Shown: piece after piece, positions 13,523 to 26,484 of the stretch
How the letters are laid out: each line of letters starts with the position of its first letter
How positions within the stretch are numbered: the first letter of the stretch is position 1
Assembly (NCBI RefSeq): GCF_018350175.1
Contig: NC_058368.1
Span: 38,504,001-38,568,000 of the forward strand
Direction of reading: 5' to 3'
Origin: Felis catus
Lineage: Eukaryota
DNA length: 64,000 nt
Made by a program: the position numbers and the translations under genes
Notes under the pieces: generated by a model
Told to the model about the DNA's origin: nothing
Databases searched by the model: none
What the model saw: only the letters and a program-made list of their open reading frames with translations

Positions 13523-14559
13523 AGCTATATACTGGTTGCGACATGTAAAAGATATACAGAAATTTTACCTTTGAATAATGGGAAAAAGATAGACTTTGCA
13601 AAAGTGAGTAAAGGGAAGGTTCTGTAACTATATTGGTAACAGACAACATAGCCTAAAGGGGAGAATAATTAGAGTGACTTCGTATTGATAAAAAGTTTAA
13701 GATTTCTAGGAATACGTACACACTTTAAATTTGCACACCTCTAGCAATATGATCTCAAAATGTATGAAGCATATTTCAACAAAGCTACAACGAGAAATAA
13801 GCAGATTCACAAAGCAGGAGATGTTAACACTAACACTACTCTCAGCACTTGGTGAAATAAACAAGCAAAACAAAAATTCATCAAACAATCATAATAATGA
13901 AAATAAATGACTAGTGTAAGAAACCATTTTCAGGAGTATTATAAACCCACAAAACTTGAATGAAAGAAGAGAGAAAAGAAAAACTATTATATAATTCCAA
14001 TAAAAATTCCATTTCCTAGAAAGAAGACAAAATTAAATCAAAAATTTTAAAAAGCACAAGATTAGGGTAAAATCCTAGATATTTGTGATGTGGTGCTTGG
14101 GGTAGGAAGACCGTGCATTTCTGCAGTCTGAACACATGTCCTCCTGGTACCCTAAAGAAGTATTGTATATCGACAGCCCACAAACCTTCAGTGCACAGAA
14201 AAAGAATGTGGAGAAGCATTTGGACCCCTGATCATGTTACTCACAAAACAGAATACTTAGGTTCACAGGTTGCCCTGTACCAGAACATGTACTAGCAATC
14301 TTCCAGTTGGCCAAGGTGCCCAAGTGGTATTTCATAAATTTTTTTTATGTGTTTTTTTCTGAAAGGTGGCGCCCTTTAAAACATGGGATCGGGGCAGTCG
14401 CCACCCTTGCCCAGGGCAGAGGACAATATTGTCCTAAGAATATAGAAGCAAAAGCAGATGGGAAAAGGAAGGTAATTAAAGAGGCTTGTGAGTGTTCTAT
14501 AACAGTTGTGTAGAAAATGTTGGATATCTTAGATTGGAGAAGATGCAGATTTATAAACC

Positions 14560-14890
14560 ATCCTGCTGTGAGGTTACTGAAGCTTAAGCAGGCAGGTGTG
14601 ATGAAAACAATGTAGGCTGAGTAGACAGCAGAGCTGAAGACAGCTGTAGGGGGCACCAACATGGAAGAGGCAAAAGGCGGAAGAAAACTCCTTAACCGTG
14701 AGTTACGTAAGCAAGATATGAAAGCAAGAGTTGTAAGAAGAGAACAGAGTTCCTGGAAAACTAAAATAAAGATAATAAAACTTCCTGTTCTGAAACTCGC
14801 AATGATCAGCAATCTCAAATGCTGTAGAGAGACTGCCATGAGGACTGACAACTGCCCACCAGAGATAGCACATAGTCACTAGTGAACTAA
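14560..14890 (-). mobile_element. L2 fragment
   Basis: aatgatcagcaatctcaaatgctgtagagag...atgaggactgacaactgcccaccagagatagca matches the antisense L2 pattern. Confidence 0.6.
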
Positions 14891-15029
14891 ATGAGATCAC
14901 TTACATTAAAACACTGAATTTATACGACAGGTTTTGGTGTTTTGATGAGTAAATGAGATAAGAGGAGCAGAGATGTTAGGTACAAAAAAGTAGAAACATG
15001 TATATGTTTGAGTGTGTCAAACATATGTA

Positions 15030-15082
15030 TGATGTGTGTCCGTGTGTGAGTGTGCATGCGTGTGTGTATGTGTGTGTGTATG
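15030..15082. repeat. Imperfect (TG)n microsatellite
   Basis: Directly visible. Confidence 0.85.
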
Positions 15083-16099
15083 TTTCAAATGTAATAATAT
15101 TGAGAACATTTTTATTTAAGATTAATGAGAACCAGATGAAAACCCTCAGTGACATGTAAATCTCCGGAGGGCAAAAGTTCTGTCTCCTTGATCAGAAGAA
15201 GCTGATGAAATAATTCTGACATGTGTCATTTGATCAACCTTTTATTTAGACAGATGAAATGTCCTAGATTACACAATTATCTAAAATTCATTAAATCTGA
15301 GACTCTGCTGGTTATGAGATAAATCATCATTTTATATATCACTAGGGAAAACATAATACTGTCAAACTATTTCACAATACTGTTGTAACACTTACAATTT
15401 TCATTAAATATTCACTGAAAAATGGAGTCCTTTAGAATAGATTTTTATGATGTATCACTTGTAACTCTATGAAGAAGAAAATACATGCAAATTAAACTGT
15501 TTAGAGTAGACCTAAAATATTCTTTACATTCAGTAACTATATCTTCCAAAATGCTTTTCAATTCAGGATTTCTAAAATCTGTGTTTTATCATATGGCATC
15601 ATTTGCTGTGCCTTCTGGGTATAGCCACCACAGCATTTCTCAAAGAGTTCTCTATTATTCTGCACCGGACCTGCCTAGAAGCCATTTATATAAAGTAAAA
15701 TGTACACTGAAGGAGTTGACCATTTCCTTGGTGATAGCAATTGACCACTACAACTTAAAATCAGAGCAACAGAAAAACAAAAAATGATTCTTAAAATTGA
15801 TGAAATGCACTAGGAAAAACAAAGCTGAGATATAAATGAAATTGTCCTTATTTTCCACGCAGGGCTCTTCTAAAATATACCATACCTGATATTTTTGGAA
15901 TCATGCTTGCTTTTCACATTTAGAAATAATATTAGATATTAAGAATAAAAATGTTGCATTCATAAATTATATACTATTCATCCATTAAATGACACATTAA
16001 GACTTGGAAATATATTTATATTTAAAACATATACAAACATATACAAGTAAATATGCAAGTATATATGTATTCATATACATATCTGTACACATCTGTTTT

Positions 16100-16250
16100 C
16101 ATATATATGAAAACGATAAAGGCACAGACTAAAATATTAAGTGTTCTCTCTGACCTAGGACCATGGATAACTGCTTTTCCTGTTTTCTTCATATATTTGT
16201 ATTTTCAATTTTTTACAGTTCATCTGTATTACTCTTACAACATTAAAATA
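16100..16250 (+). mobile_element. Old L1 (L1ME-type) 3' end fragment
   Basis: taaaatattaagtgttctctctg...tttgtattttcaattttttacag...tgtattactcttac. Confidence 0.45.
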
Positions 16251-17859
16251 AACAGGATAGATTCTACTTCTAAAATTCTCACCATAGAATTTTCATAATT
16301 TTTTGTTATAATTTCTAATAATTTTAAACTTCAGGTTTACATTAGAATTAAATATTATGGCATAATATACTATAGATATTGAAGCTTGCACTTTCTGAAC
16401 CAGAAATTTATTGCATATTTCCATATTGTTTTCTATAATTTTATAGTAGTCAAGTGAGTGATCATAAAAAATTTATTGGATTATCTTTTTCTTTGAAACA
16501 AATATATATTCAAAATCATTCAGGGAAAGTTGCACAAGACATAGTTCCTGTGGTTGTAACTTTTTGATTGCTAATTTACATTTATAATTATGCACTAAAT
16601 AACTCAAAGTACAGAATAATAGTCACATAATGCAAATACTGCAGGGACATATTAACCATTGTTATGCATTTGCACTTCATGCTATAATATTAAAGATGTG
16701 TGGGACTGAAAGTATATACTGTATAAACATTTTTGAGTCTTTGTTAGTAGACACTTCGTTGTTCACTGAACATGGAATTTTCATTTGTGTGAGTGTTTGC
16801 ATACATATTTTAAAATTATCTGTTTTTTACAAACTTAAAAGAAAGCTACATAATTATTTACTTTTGTCTTTTCTATCACATCCTCTTCCCTCCTCTTCAT
16901 GGCAACAGATTTAAGTAGTCAAATCTATGTAAAATTTACTTACTCATTTTAAGCTGTCTATCCTCTGAAGATAGATTTTCCAAAAGCCATCAAATTCAAT
17001 GGCAAATATATATACTATTTTCACTAGAGTAAATATTTAAAAATCTTAAAAATGAAATAACCTTTTTTGAACACTAAAAGAATATGTGAACATCCTTTCT
17101 CTGTCAGATAAGAACCATTTTTTTTACTCAAAATGATTTATAAACTCACAATGCATATACAATTATAGGAGATGAAGATGATCAACTCTGTATCCTTCTT
17201 GATGTTTTAAATTTAAAGTGTCTTAACAGGAGAAATATCACTGCTCTGCAAGTATTACTTTCTTACTCTTCTAATTAGTCTAACATGCTGATGAATGGGT
17301 AAATATTTTACTAAAGACATTTTTTAAAATATCACCTTGGAATCACAGAAATATATTTAAGTGATTTGTTATATTATAATACTAGTTACTAATCATATTT
17401 TACCACTGTCGGGGGGGGGGGTGGCTCGGGGTGGAGGAAGTTACATGTTTATGCATTGTCAATAACAGTATCAAGAAATCTATCAATCTTTAATTCTATC
17501 ATTTGGGATGCTTGCATGATTTTCAGCATCCCCCAAATCAGTAAACGAATTTTAAAACTTTGTGTATTTCCACAGCACTTAATACTCTGTGAGTAGATAA
17601 CAAGTATTTAATTAATATCTGTCCGTCTGTAACTATTACTATATTTTATCATGAAAAGATGATTTTAAATGGAACTCAGTCTCATGAGTAGGAAAAAAGG
17701 CATACTGTAACTGTTCTATTAAAAGTTGTAATTACTGAAAGGGAAATTACTTTCACCTAAAAGATAAAGGAGGCTTAATATTTGCTTTCACATTGGCAGA
17801 CTAGGCTATTGGGTCCAATAATCTCACAAAGGACAAATAAAAAATCCAAATGGAACATT

Positions 17860-18290
17860 TTTAAAAATTTTAAAATATTAGGAATAAAAAAAGGATTCCC
17901 ACAACCACTAATAATATTCAACATTGCCCTTGAGTCCTGTCAGTATAGTAAGCCAAAAAAATTTTTTTGAAAGATTTAAGGAAAGCAGTGGGAAAAGAAA
18001 ATTATAAACAGATGATAAGAGTGGATATGGAAAAAAGCCAAAGGAATTTATAGAAATTTGTTAGGAACTAAACAGTATTAGATGTAAGGTAGTTAGGTTG
18101 ATTTACCAAATTTTAAAGTGCAAAATGATAGAGGTTTTGGACTATAAGCTGTGAGATAGTCATGATTTTGCATTTTGGGGGGATGGTTTATTTAATAAGA
18201 CACAAAAAAATCACAAACAAAATGATTGATAAACAACTACATTAAAAGTAATGACTTCTACAATCAAGAGATGAATGTGAATCACATTTT
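17860..18290 (+). mobile_element. Highly decayed old L1 ORF2 fragments
   Basis: ggattcccacaaccactaataatattcaacattgcccttgagtcctg resembles L1 RT-region DNA. Confidence 0.5.
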
Positions 18291-18299
18291 ATATGAACT

Positions 18300-19648
18300 C
18301 ACAACTATATGGTCAACTAATCTTCAACAAAGCAGGAAAGAGTATCTACTGGAAAAAACACAGTCTCTTCAGCAAATGGTGCTGGGAACTCTGGACAGTG
18401 ACATGAAAAGAATGAAAGTGGAGAGTTTTCTTATACCATATACACAAATAAATTCAAAATGGATGAAACCTACATGTGAGATAGGAAGCCATCAAAATCT
18501 TAGAGGAGAACACAGGCCACAACTTCTTTGATGTTGGCCACAGCAACTTCTTACTAGATATATCCCATAAGACAAGAAAAACAAAAGCAAAATTGAACTA
18601 CTGTGACCTCATCAAGATAAAAACTTCTGCACAGCAAAGGACACAATCATCAAAACTAAAAGCAACCAATGGGATGGGAGAAGATATTTGCAAATTGTGT
18701 ATCAGATAAAGGTTTGTTAGTATACAAAGTCTGTAAAGTTCTTATCAAACTCAACACCTCACAAATAATCCAATTAAAAAATGGGCAGAAGACATGAACA
18801 GACACTTTTCCAAAGAAGACATCCAAATGGCCAACCGACACATGAAAAGATGCTTAAATTCACTCATCATCAGGGAAATACAAATCAAAACTACAATGAG
18901 ATCCCACCTCACACCTGTCAGAATGGCTAAAATTAACAACTCAGGAAATAACAAATGTTGGCAAGGATTTGGAGAAAGAGGATCTCTTTTGTACCATTGG
19001 TGGGAATGCAAACTGGTGCAGCCACTCTAGAAAACAGTTTGCAGGGTCTTCAAATAATAAAAACTAGAGCCAAGCTACAACACAGCAATTGCACTACTAG
19101 GCATTTATTCAAAGGATGAGAAAATGCTGATTTGAAGGGCACATGCACCCCAATGTTTCTAGCAGTGCTATCAACAATAGCCAAATTATCAAAAGAGCCC
19201 AAATGTCCATCAACTGACGAATGGATGAAGAAGAGGTAGTATATATATAGAATGGAATGCTATTCAGTGATGAAAAAGAATGAAATCTTGCCATTTGCAA
19301 CAACGTGAATAGAACTAGAGTATATTATGCTAAATGAAATAAGTTGGGCAGAGAAAGACAAATATTATATGATTTCATTCACATGTGGAATTTAAGAAAC
19401 ACAACAGATGAACATAGGGGAAGGGAAGGAAAAATAAGATAAAAACATTGAGGGACGCAACACATAAGACACTCTTAAATGTGGAGAACACACTGTGGGC
19501 TGCTGGAGGGACGGTGGGTGTTATATGTAAGTGGTGTAAGCACTGGGTGTTATATGTAAGTGAGGAATCACTGGGTTCTACTTCTGAAACCAATACTATA
19601 TGTATGTTAACTAACTTGAATTTAAATAAATAAAATTAAAGAAAGAAA
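18300..19648 (+). mobile_element. Carnivore L1, 5'-truncated (ORF2 C-terminus and 3' UTR)
   Basis: ORF-track peptide [44 protein letters not shown] is L1 ORF2p C-terminal sequence; frameshifted; 3' UTR and A-rich tail. Confidence 0.95.
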
Positions 19649-20149
19649 TCCATACTAAGTAAAAGAAAAGTAAGAATTAAAAGAGAAAATCTGAGAAGGT
19701 GTAAGAGAAAATAAAAAATTCTAGCTCTTTGATGGTCACATCCTTTTTATAATGGCCAATCGCTGATACCTTGATTTCATGAATGAGACTCAAGAGCAAG
19801 TCTATAAAGTGGGCAGTCTTGAAATTTGGATTTCATATGGCAGTTACATTACATTATCTGAAATGCCAGTTGATTAAGAAAAATACATTTTTTAGCTTTG
19901 ACTACCATGTAATGGACAGGTAACTATTATACCGTTGTTAAACCTAGTAGATACCGCTTATTGGAAATACATTTCTTACAACTCAACAATATATGATTGA
20001 GTATGTATTTATTACAGAAATGTTGAAACTCTATCAATTTGTGCCAAAAACACATCTCTGTTCATTTGAATTTCATAAGGCTGAAGATACTGTCTCAGAT
20101 GGACTATGATTAAATCCACAATAAGTATCTCTGTGATAAATGATGACCC

Positions 20150-20202
20150 AAAAAGACAAAAAACAAACAAAAAAACCCAACAACAACAACAACAACAACA
20201 AA
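20150..20202. repeat. (CAA)n/A-rich microsatellite
   Basis: Directly visible. Confidence 0.85.
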
Positions 20203-20840
20203 GGAGAATACTGATGGTGGACTTAATAACTCAAGAGAGTGCAGGAAAGAGCAAGTACCTGAATCACATTCCAAGTCATTAACAAGGGCCAGCTATGCAG
20301 TCTCTTCTCTGGATTCAAGGAGAAAAACAGACACTGAAAGACTTTCTACACTGAACCTCAAAAAAACGAATGAAAATCCTTGTCAAAAAACCCAGCAGTA
20401 TTACTGACTAAATTACAATGTATTTTGCACTTCGATCACACAGACTGAAGTGTGTGATTAAACACTTGAACCACACTTTTACACTCAATCCCCATATCAT
20501 GCTTGCTCATTGATCAAATCATATCAAATTATTATATATTACAACTTAAGTTAAAGAATCATAGTTTTCTCTCGTGTAGGATTAGGTCACATTTACATGA
20601 AATCTCATGCCACTCTATGTTTTTTCAATTATCAAACAATACAAAGCTGTTTGACATACTCTAAAAAAAAAGGCACCACAAAATATGACAGGATACAGAT
20701 GGACAGAAGATACTGCAAAACATAAATTATTAAGTAATATAATCATGAATACATAAAGAAATTATCTTAGTTAATACAGAAAATTCAAGGAGAGATACCT
20801 ATGGGGAAAATAAATCAAATGACTTAAAAAATATTTTCCT

Positions 20841-20993
20841 GGCGTGCCTGGGTGGCTCAGTCGGTTAAGCGTCCGACTTTGGCTCAGGTCATGATCTCGC
20901 GGTTTGTGGGTTCGAGCCCCGCGTCAGGCTCTGTGCTGACACCTCGGAGCCTGGAGCCTGTTTCGGATTCTGTGACTTCCTCTCTCTCTGGCC

Positions 20994-21050
<57 letters not shown>

Positions 21051-21089
21051 CCCTCTCTCAAAAGTAAATAAACATTAAAAAAAATTAAA
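20841..21089 (+). mobile_element. CAN-SINE with long (CT)n
   Basis: ggcgtgcctgggtggctcagtcggttaagcg head; TSD about aaaaaat(a)ttttcct. Confidence 0.97.
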
Positions 21090-23255
21090 AAAAAATTTTT
21101 CCTAAAGAAAATGTCCAACTGAGCAATAAACCTGAAAAGGTAGCCAACTTTTATCATAATGTATTTCAATCAGTTATGTTGGGTAGTTACTAAGGCTTTC
21201 AAAATACTGCATTTTTGTGTCATGGTAGATTTTCATTACTGTTTTCTTTAAGATCTTAAGGGAAAAAAGAGAATAAAGGAGGAAAACAAAGTGAATGGGA
21301 GGAAAAGAACAATGGCAATAAGAATGAAAGAAATGGACGATGATCACATGCAAGCTAGGTACTATAAGTCCAACAAAACATCCACATGACATATATGCTT
21401 ATTTCTCATTGGACATAATTGAGTGGCGTGACAAATGCAAGCATCAAGGGAAGGTGACACATATATTCCTTATGCTAAAACCTATAAAAATTCAGATTTC
21501 TTTTACTATGGAGAAAGGGAAAACAGATACAGAGGGTAAGTAAATAGTTGATGTTATAAAGTATGTAATTTCCCAAAAGTTTACAGGTATTTATATTTTT
21601 AAACTGTGCTTCTAGCCCTTATTAGAAATATGTGGATCTTGACTGGTTAATTTTTGCCTTGGATCAATCTGTGATCCGCTCATTGTTCTATCACACATAG
21701 CTTTTTTAATGAAGGAGAATAAAATACATATTTTGAATTTGCATCTGTGTAATGTAGCCATTTATGCTGCATGTTTTCTCTCTTGTTTATAAAAAGAAGT
21801 TATCCTATTTTGCAAACTTCACAAATGAGTAAGAATGCCAAATATTTTATTTAATTAATGTTTTTGCATCTCAATGTTTGATTTACCGAATTTATGCATT
21901 ATTTATAGAATGAAAATAGATATACTATTTTTTAATGTTTCTTTAATGATGTATAAACAGACATTATCCCATTTCTGTTAGGATCCTATGTTATTTCTTG
22001 ATAATATCAAGAAAGCAAGGCTAATGCAAACAAAATAAATTCTCTAGTGATGTGAATATCTAAACAACTTTTATCTTCAAAACCTTTCCCTGAAAATACT
22101 CTTTTCATAAGTTTTCAGCATAGGTTTAAGGAGATCAGGTGAGGGAATTGTCAGAAGGTGGAATAAATCACTGTACCATCTAACCAAGTCCAGGTATGAA
22201 GGCATTAGCTCGCTCCTTAAATTCAAATTCACAAAACCAAATACCATGAGGAAAAAAGCAAAGCATTATAAATAATTTTCAGTATGATATGTAAAGATAC
22301 CTTCAGTACGAATTGAAAGATTCTATTGTGTCTTGCAGATTGGTTTATATGTCTGCTTGAATTAATGATGAAGAATATTTATTCTTTTTTTTTTTTCTGA
22401 TGGCTATGATGTCAGATGCTTTGCTGCCTATCCATTCATTCTTGACATCAGTTGTCACTTAGTGTCTCCAAATCATGTAATCAATCCTTACAATGCTGTG
22501 AAAGAATACTTCAAAGTAAAACTGATCAATTTTTAAGAATCAAACCAACATTGCACTATTGAACTCAGATTTTTGTAACACATACATTCACAATATGGAT
22601 CCCAGCCATCAAATATTTACAAGCTTCCTGGAGCTCTTTATTAAAAGGTGCATGACTGTTGTCCAGAGTATGAAGAAATTTGGGGGCAGGGATTCTCAGG
22701 ACAACCTGGAACAAATCCCTGGGTATAGAGAAGAATGTTTTATGAATACTATAAGTTGTTTAGTGTTATGTGGATCTGATTTCTATGGTTGACACCGGAC
22801 GGGATTCAGATTATGAAGGGTTTTGAAAGTGAGATTCAAGAGCTTAGATACTTCATGTAAAAGCAAAGTGTATGGCAATGGGAATAGAGAGAATAGAGAA
22901 TATAGAAGGTGCAAAGATGTTAATATGGTTCATTTGTTAAATATACCAGGAATGTCACAAAGGGGATGGAGAGATGAGTGCATGTTTTATGTTGTAAAAG
23001 GATAACTTCCCCTATACATGTAAAAAAATACTGGAGATACGGGATAAGAAGAAAGAGAAGTACAACACGAAAGCCACAATTCTGGTTTGGATACACATAG
23101 GACATACAAGTAGACAAGCATAATGGAGTCGCATGGGAGTGACTGAAAGAGTTGGATGCAGGGAGAAACAGGACCAAATCCTCACTAAAGATATTTAAAT
23201 TTTCTGTTACAGGAGGTTGATTGTTTTTCCACTGTGCAGAATCATCTCTATAAGA

Positions 23256-23470
23256 TAGGAATTGGCAAACTGTGGTCTGTGGACCAAATCCAGACTAACA
23301 CTAGTTTTTATTAATAAAGTTTTATTGGAACACAGCCAGTGTCATTCATTTACATGTTGTCTTTCACTGTCTCTGCACTACAACATCAGATGAGAGCAAC
23401 CATTTGGCCTGCAATATCAAAAAATATTTACCATCTGGCCTTTTACAGACAAAAAGTTTGCTAATTGCTG
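23256..23470. mobile_element. MER58A-like hAT-Charlie MITE (opposite orientation to the 12698 copy)
   Basis: ttggcaaactgtggtctgtggaccaaatcc...aataaagttttattggaacacagcca...tctggccttttacagacaaaaagtttgct. Confidence 0.88.
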
Positions 23471-24138
23471 GCCTAGGAAATGATTCCAGTTATGAAAAAC
23501 TAAGCTAAAGTGGCTGGACAATTATGGTCTCACTGTCCAAAGTGAATTTGATATGTAGATCTGAAATTCAGTAGAGACCTATCCAATATCATTTGGGGAA
23601 TAATCAGTTTTCTGATTCTGTAGTAACTATAATATAGACAGTTCTATTTATAATAATTATGTATATGATATACAAATATCATCCTAATATACTTTATAAA
23701 TAAATATATTCATATATTTATATTCTGGAAATTTATATTTATAGTGTATGATGAATAAATAAAAATGTGCTTTAAATCAAAATCTCTTGCTTTGGTTATT
23801 TTTATTTTTTTTCTTTGCCCAATTGATCCATATGGAATAATTTTCTGCAATCAGTTATCCTAGAACATTTGTATGGTCTCTATAACTTTGTCAAGTTCAG
23901 TTTTCAAAGTACAAAGTCTTGGCCAAATTTATTTGGCTCTGGCTATGTTATCTTTCTGTTATTTCCTAGACAGTTTTGTGCAAATTCTGGAACTAAGGAC
24001 TTGTAATTCTTTTCCAATTATGTAAAATGTCTGCTGCAACTTCCTATTCCAAATTGCCTTCCCTGTTTTGTGATAATGGTGATGATGGACAAGACTTCAT
24101 AGACTAGCACTGGCTTTTTGGCAGTAATAGAGTAACTT

Positions 24139-24199
24139 TTTTTTTAAGTTTTTATTTTAATTCCAGTTAACATACAGTGTTACATTAGTTTCAGGTGTA
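24139..24199 (-). mobile_element. Extremely 5'-truncated carnivore L1 (about 60 bp)
   Basis: T-tail plus aattccagttaacatacagtgttacattagtttcaggtgta (L1 3' end); 16-bp TSD agtaata(g/a)agtaactt. Confidence 0.85.
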
Positions 24200-25776
24200 A
24201 GTAATAAAGTAACTTCTAAGCTGAGAACTGCCAGAAAACGTCTAATCCCAAGTGATGTGTTTTGTTATTACTTCATATGTAGCATTTAAAAATATTTTCC
24301 TTAACAGTATTTCAAGTTTGTGGTTTGCTTTTCTTTCCCATGTCAATTTTGTTAGTTTTTATACAGAAAAATAAAGCAAAACAAAACAATGGTTTATTAC
24401 CTAAACCTATTACCTATTACCTAAAGTAAGATGTGATAATGTGTTTTTTTAATATGATAATGTTTTGGTTTTCCTATTTTAGTTGAATATGTGTTAAAAG
24501 TTTGCCATAATAGGAAAATGCATTTTTCTCGTTGGCATGCCGCTCATTTCATATCTTAGTATCACTATATCCATAAATAATTTATAAAAGACTTTTGGCT
24601 ATAAAGTAATTAAAGTAATTCTAGCCATATAAATATATTGGTTAACTGGTCAAATACTTGGATAACAACAGGAGTGTGAAACATATATGCTGTTTACCTA
24701 TCCTCAAATAAGCAGTATTGTACTGATTTATAGGGTAGGGAAATTACTTTTAATCTACTCCATTATTCCATTTTGTAAGTTTCTATGTGCTATTTAATTG
24801 AGATAATGTTCATTTTTATTGTTTTAGTCACAATTTATACTAGGATATATCCAAATTTGTGCAGGCAAAAGGAGTTTATAGATATAGTGAGAATAAATGT
24901 AGACACTAGTACTAACTTCAGATATTACTGTTTAAATTTCATGTATTGATAATTTTCAAGTATGGACTGACAAACCCACAAGAGGATAAATATATAGTAT
25001 TTTGCCTTACAATATAAAACTACAGAACCAAAGAGATAATATAAATATACATTAACTTTACAAAAATGGATGAATTTTTAGCAATATATAAGTATCAACA
25101 AGACATTGACAATTACTTTTTTTAAGTACCATTTTGAACAAACACTAACCATTCTGTTTTGCATCAGACACTGTAACAACTTTGTATATCTTCATAAATT
25201 TATTTCAATATGTGTAACATTTACATAATCTTATTAAAAGGCGATTTAGTTAAAAAATGTTTATTTGAATCATGGAAGCACTATTTTTAAGTGGCTGAAT
25301 TTAACGTAAAGGGGAATCTCCATAGTTTGAAAAATAAAGTAAAAATCTATATTTGAAGAGTGGACTATAAAAATATTAACTTTCTATAAGCTAGCCATGA
25401 TCCTGACTTTATTTTTCAGTGGGCACATTAGTTTATACTTTCCATAGACAATCCATGTGTTAGCAGCTTCTAGGTCCATCTATTCAGAACACAATTTCAA
25501 AACAGTTTGTAAATTTTAGAGTAAGGTTTTTAAATATATAAAAGTGAAAAATGAATACCTTTTATTGGCCATGATGTGATTAATACCACTAATCTTAAAC
25601 AACACAAGCAAATGAGGAGTAGCGTTATTTTGCTAGGGTAGGCAGTTTTGCTACTGGTGTTACCTCTTAGATTCCTAAAGAGAATCCTTCAGGAGAAACT
25701 TGATAATAGATAAAAAATTACATCCTCTTTAAAATATAAGCAGCTCTTTAATATTATATTTTAAAATATAAAATAT

Positions 25777-25913
25777 AACAAACTGAGGGTTGATGGGGGG
25801 GTGGGAGGGAGGGGAGGGTTGGTGATGGGTATTGAGGAGGGCACCTTTTGGGATGAGCCCTGGGTGTTGTATGGAAACCAATTTGACAATAAATTTCATA
25901 TTAAAAAAATAAA
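25777..25913 (+). mobile_element. Young felid L1 3' end (short insertion)
   Basis: aacaaactgagggttgatggggggtgggaggg...aataaatttcatattaaaaaa; exact TSD aaaatataagcagc (25731-25744 and 25914-25927). Confidence 0.92.
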
Positions 25914-26189
25914 AAAATATAAGCAGCATAAAATTGGAACTATAATAAATTGAAAGGCACAAACATTAAATTATACTGGTTTATTCTGGATATTGTATAT
26001 ATGGATAGTTGCAATATTACTCTTTACATAATTCTATATGCCAAAAATGTTTTATAATAAAAATGGGGTACTTGATATATACAGCATAATCCTTCAGTGT
26101 GATATAAAGCAAAAGAAGAAATAATTCTACAAAATTATATAGGCTGCCTGTAAAGATAGCCTTAAAATTAGCAGAAATTATGAATTATT

Positions 26190-26410
26190 GGGGCGCCTGG
26201 GTGGCGCAGTCGGTTGAGCATCCGACTTCAGCCAGGTCACGATCTCGCAGTCTGTGAGTTCGAGCCCCGCGTCGGGCTCGGGGCTGATGGCTCATAGCCT
26301 GGAGCCTGTTTCCGATTCTGTGTCTCCCTCTCTCTCTGCCCTTCCCCCATTCATGCTCTGTCTCTCTCTGTCCCAAAAATAAATAAACGTTGAAAAAAAT
26401 TAAAAAAAAA
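26190..26410 (+). mobile_element. Young CAN-SINE, SINEC_Fc-type
   Basis: CpG-rich near-consensus copy; exact 17-bp TSD agaaattatgaattatt. Confidence 0.98.
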
Positions 26411-26484
26411 AGAAATTATGAATTATTAATATCATAAAGAAATTTAGTTCATGTTATACATATATATACATATACATATTGTGT

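Larger units (their letters stand above)
12890..13890 (+). mobile_element. Old L1 inter-ORF and ORF2 endonuclease remnant, interrupted by two SINEs
   Basis: A-rich decayed L1 ORF2 motifs (acattaagcatgtatgcactgagtgatctatttaaaagacaa; ctttaaatttgcacacctctagcaat; ggagatgttaacac). Confidence 0.7.

Noticed and set aside
14345..14851. Longest ORF in the track (168 aa, minus)
   Set aside because: Overlaps an L2 remnant, has a non-ATG start, no recognisable domain and no splice support
17411..17438. Poly-G run with G-quadruplex potential (also 36432-36443)
   Set aside because: Isolated homopolymers with no supporting context
18226..19303. ORFs resembling a real protein (also at 28468-28695, 30728-31227, 49963-50145 and 63040-63231)
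   Set aside because: Broken L1 ORF2p fragments from truncated elements; no intact L1 is present
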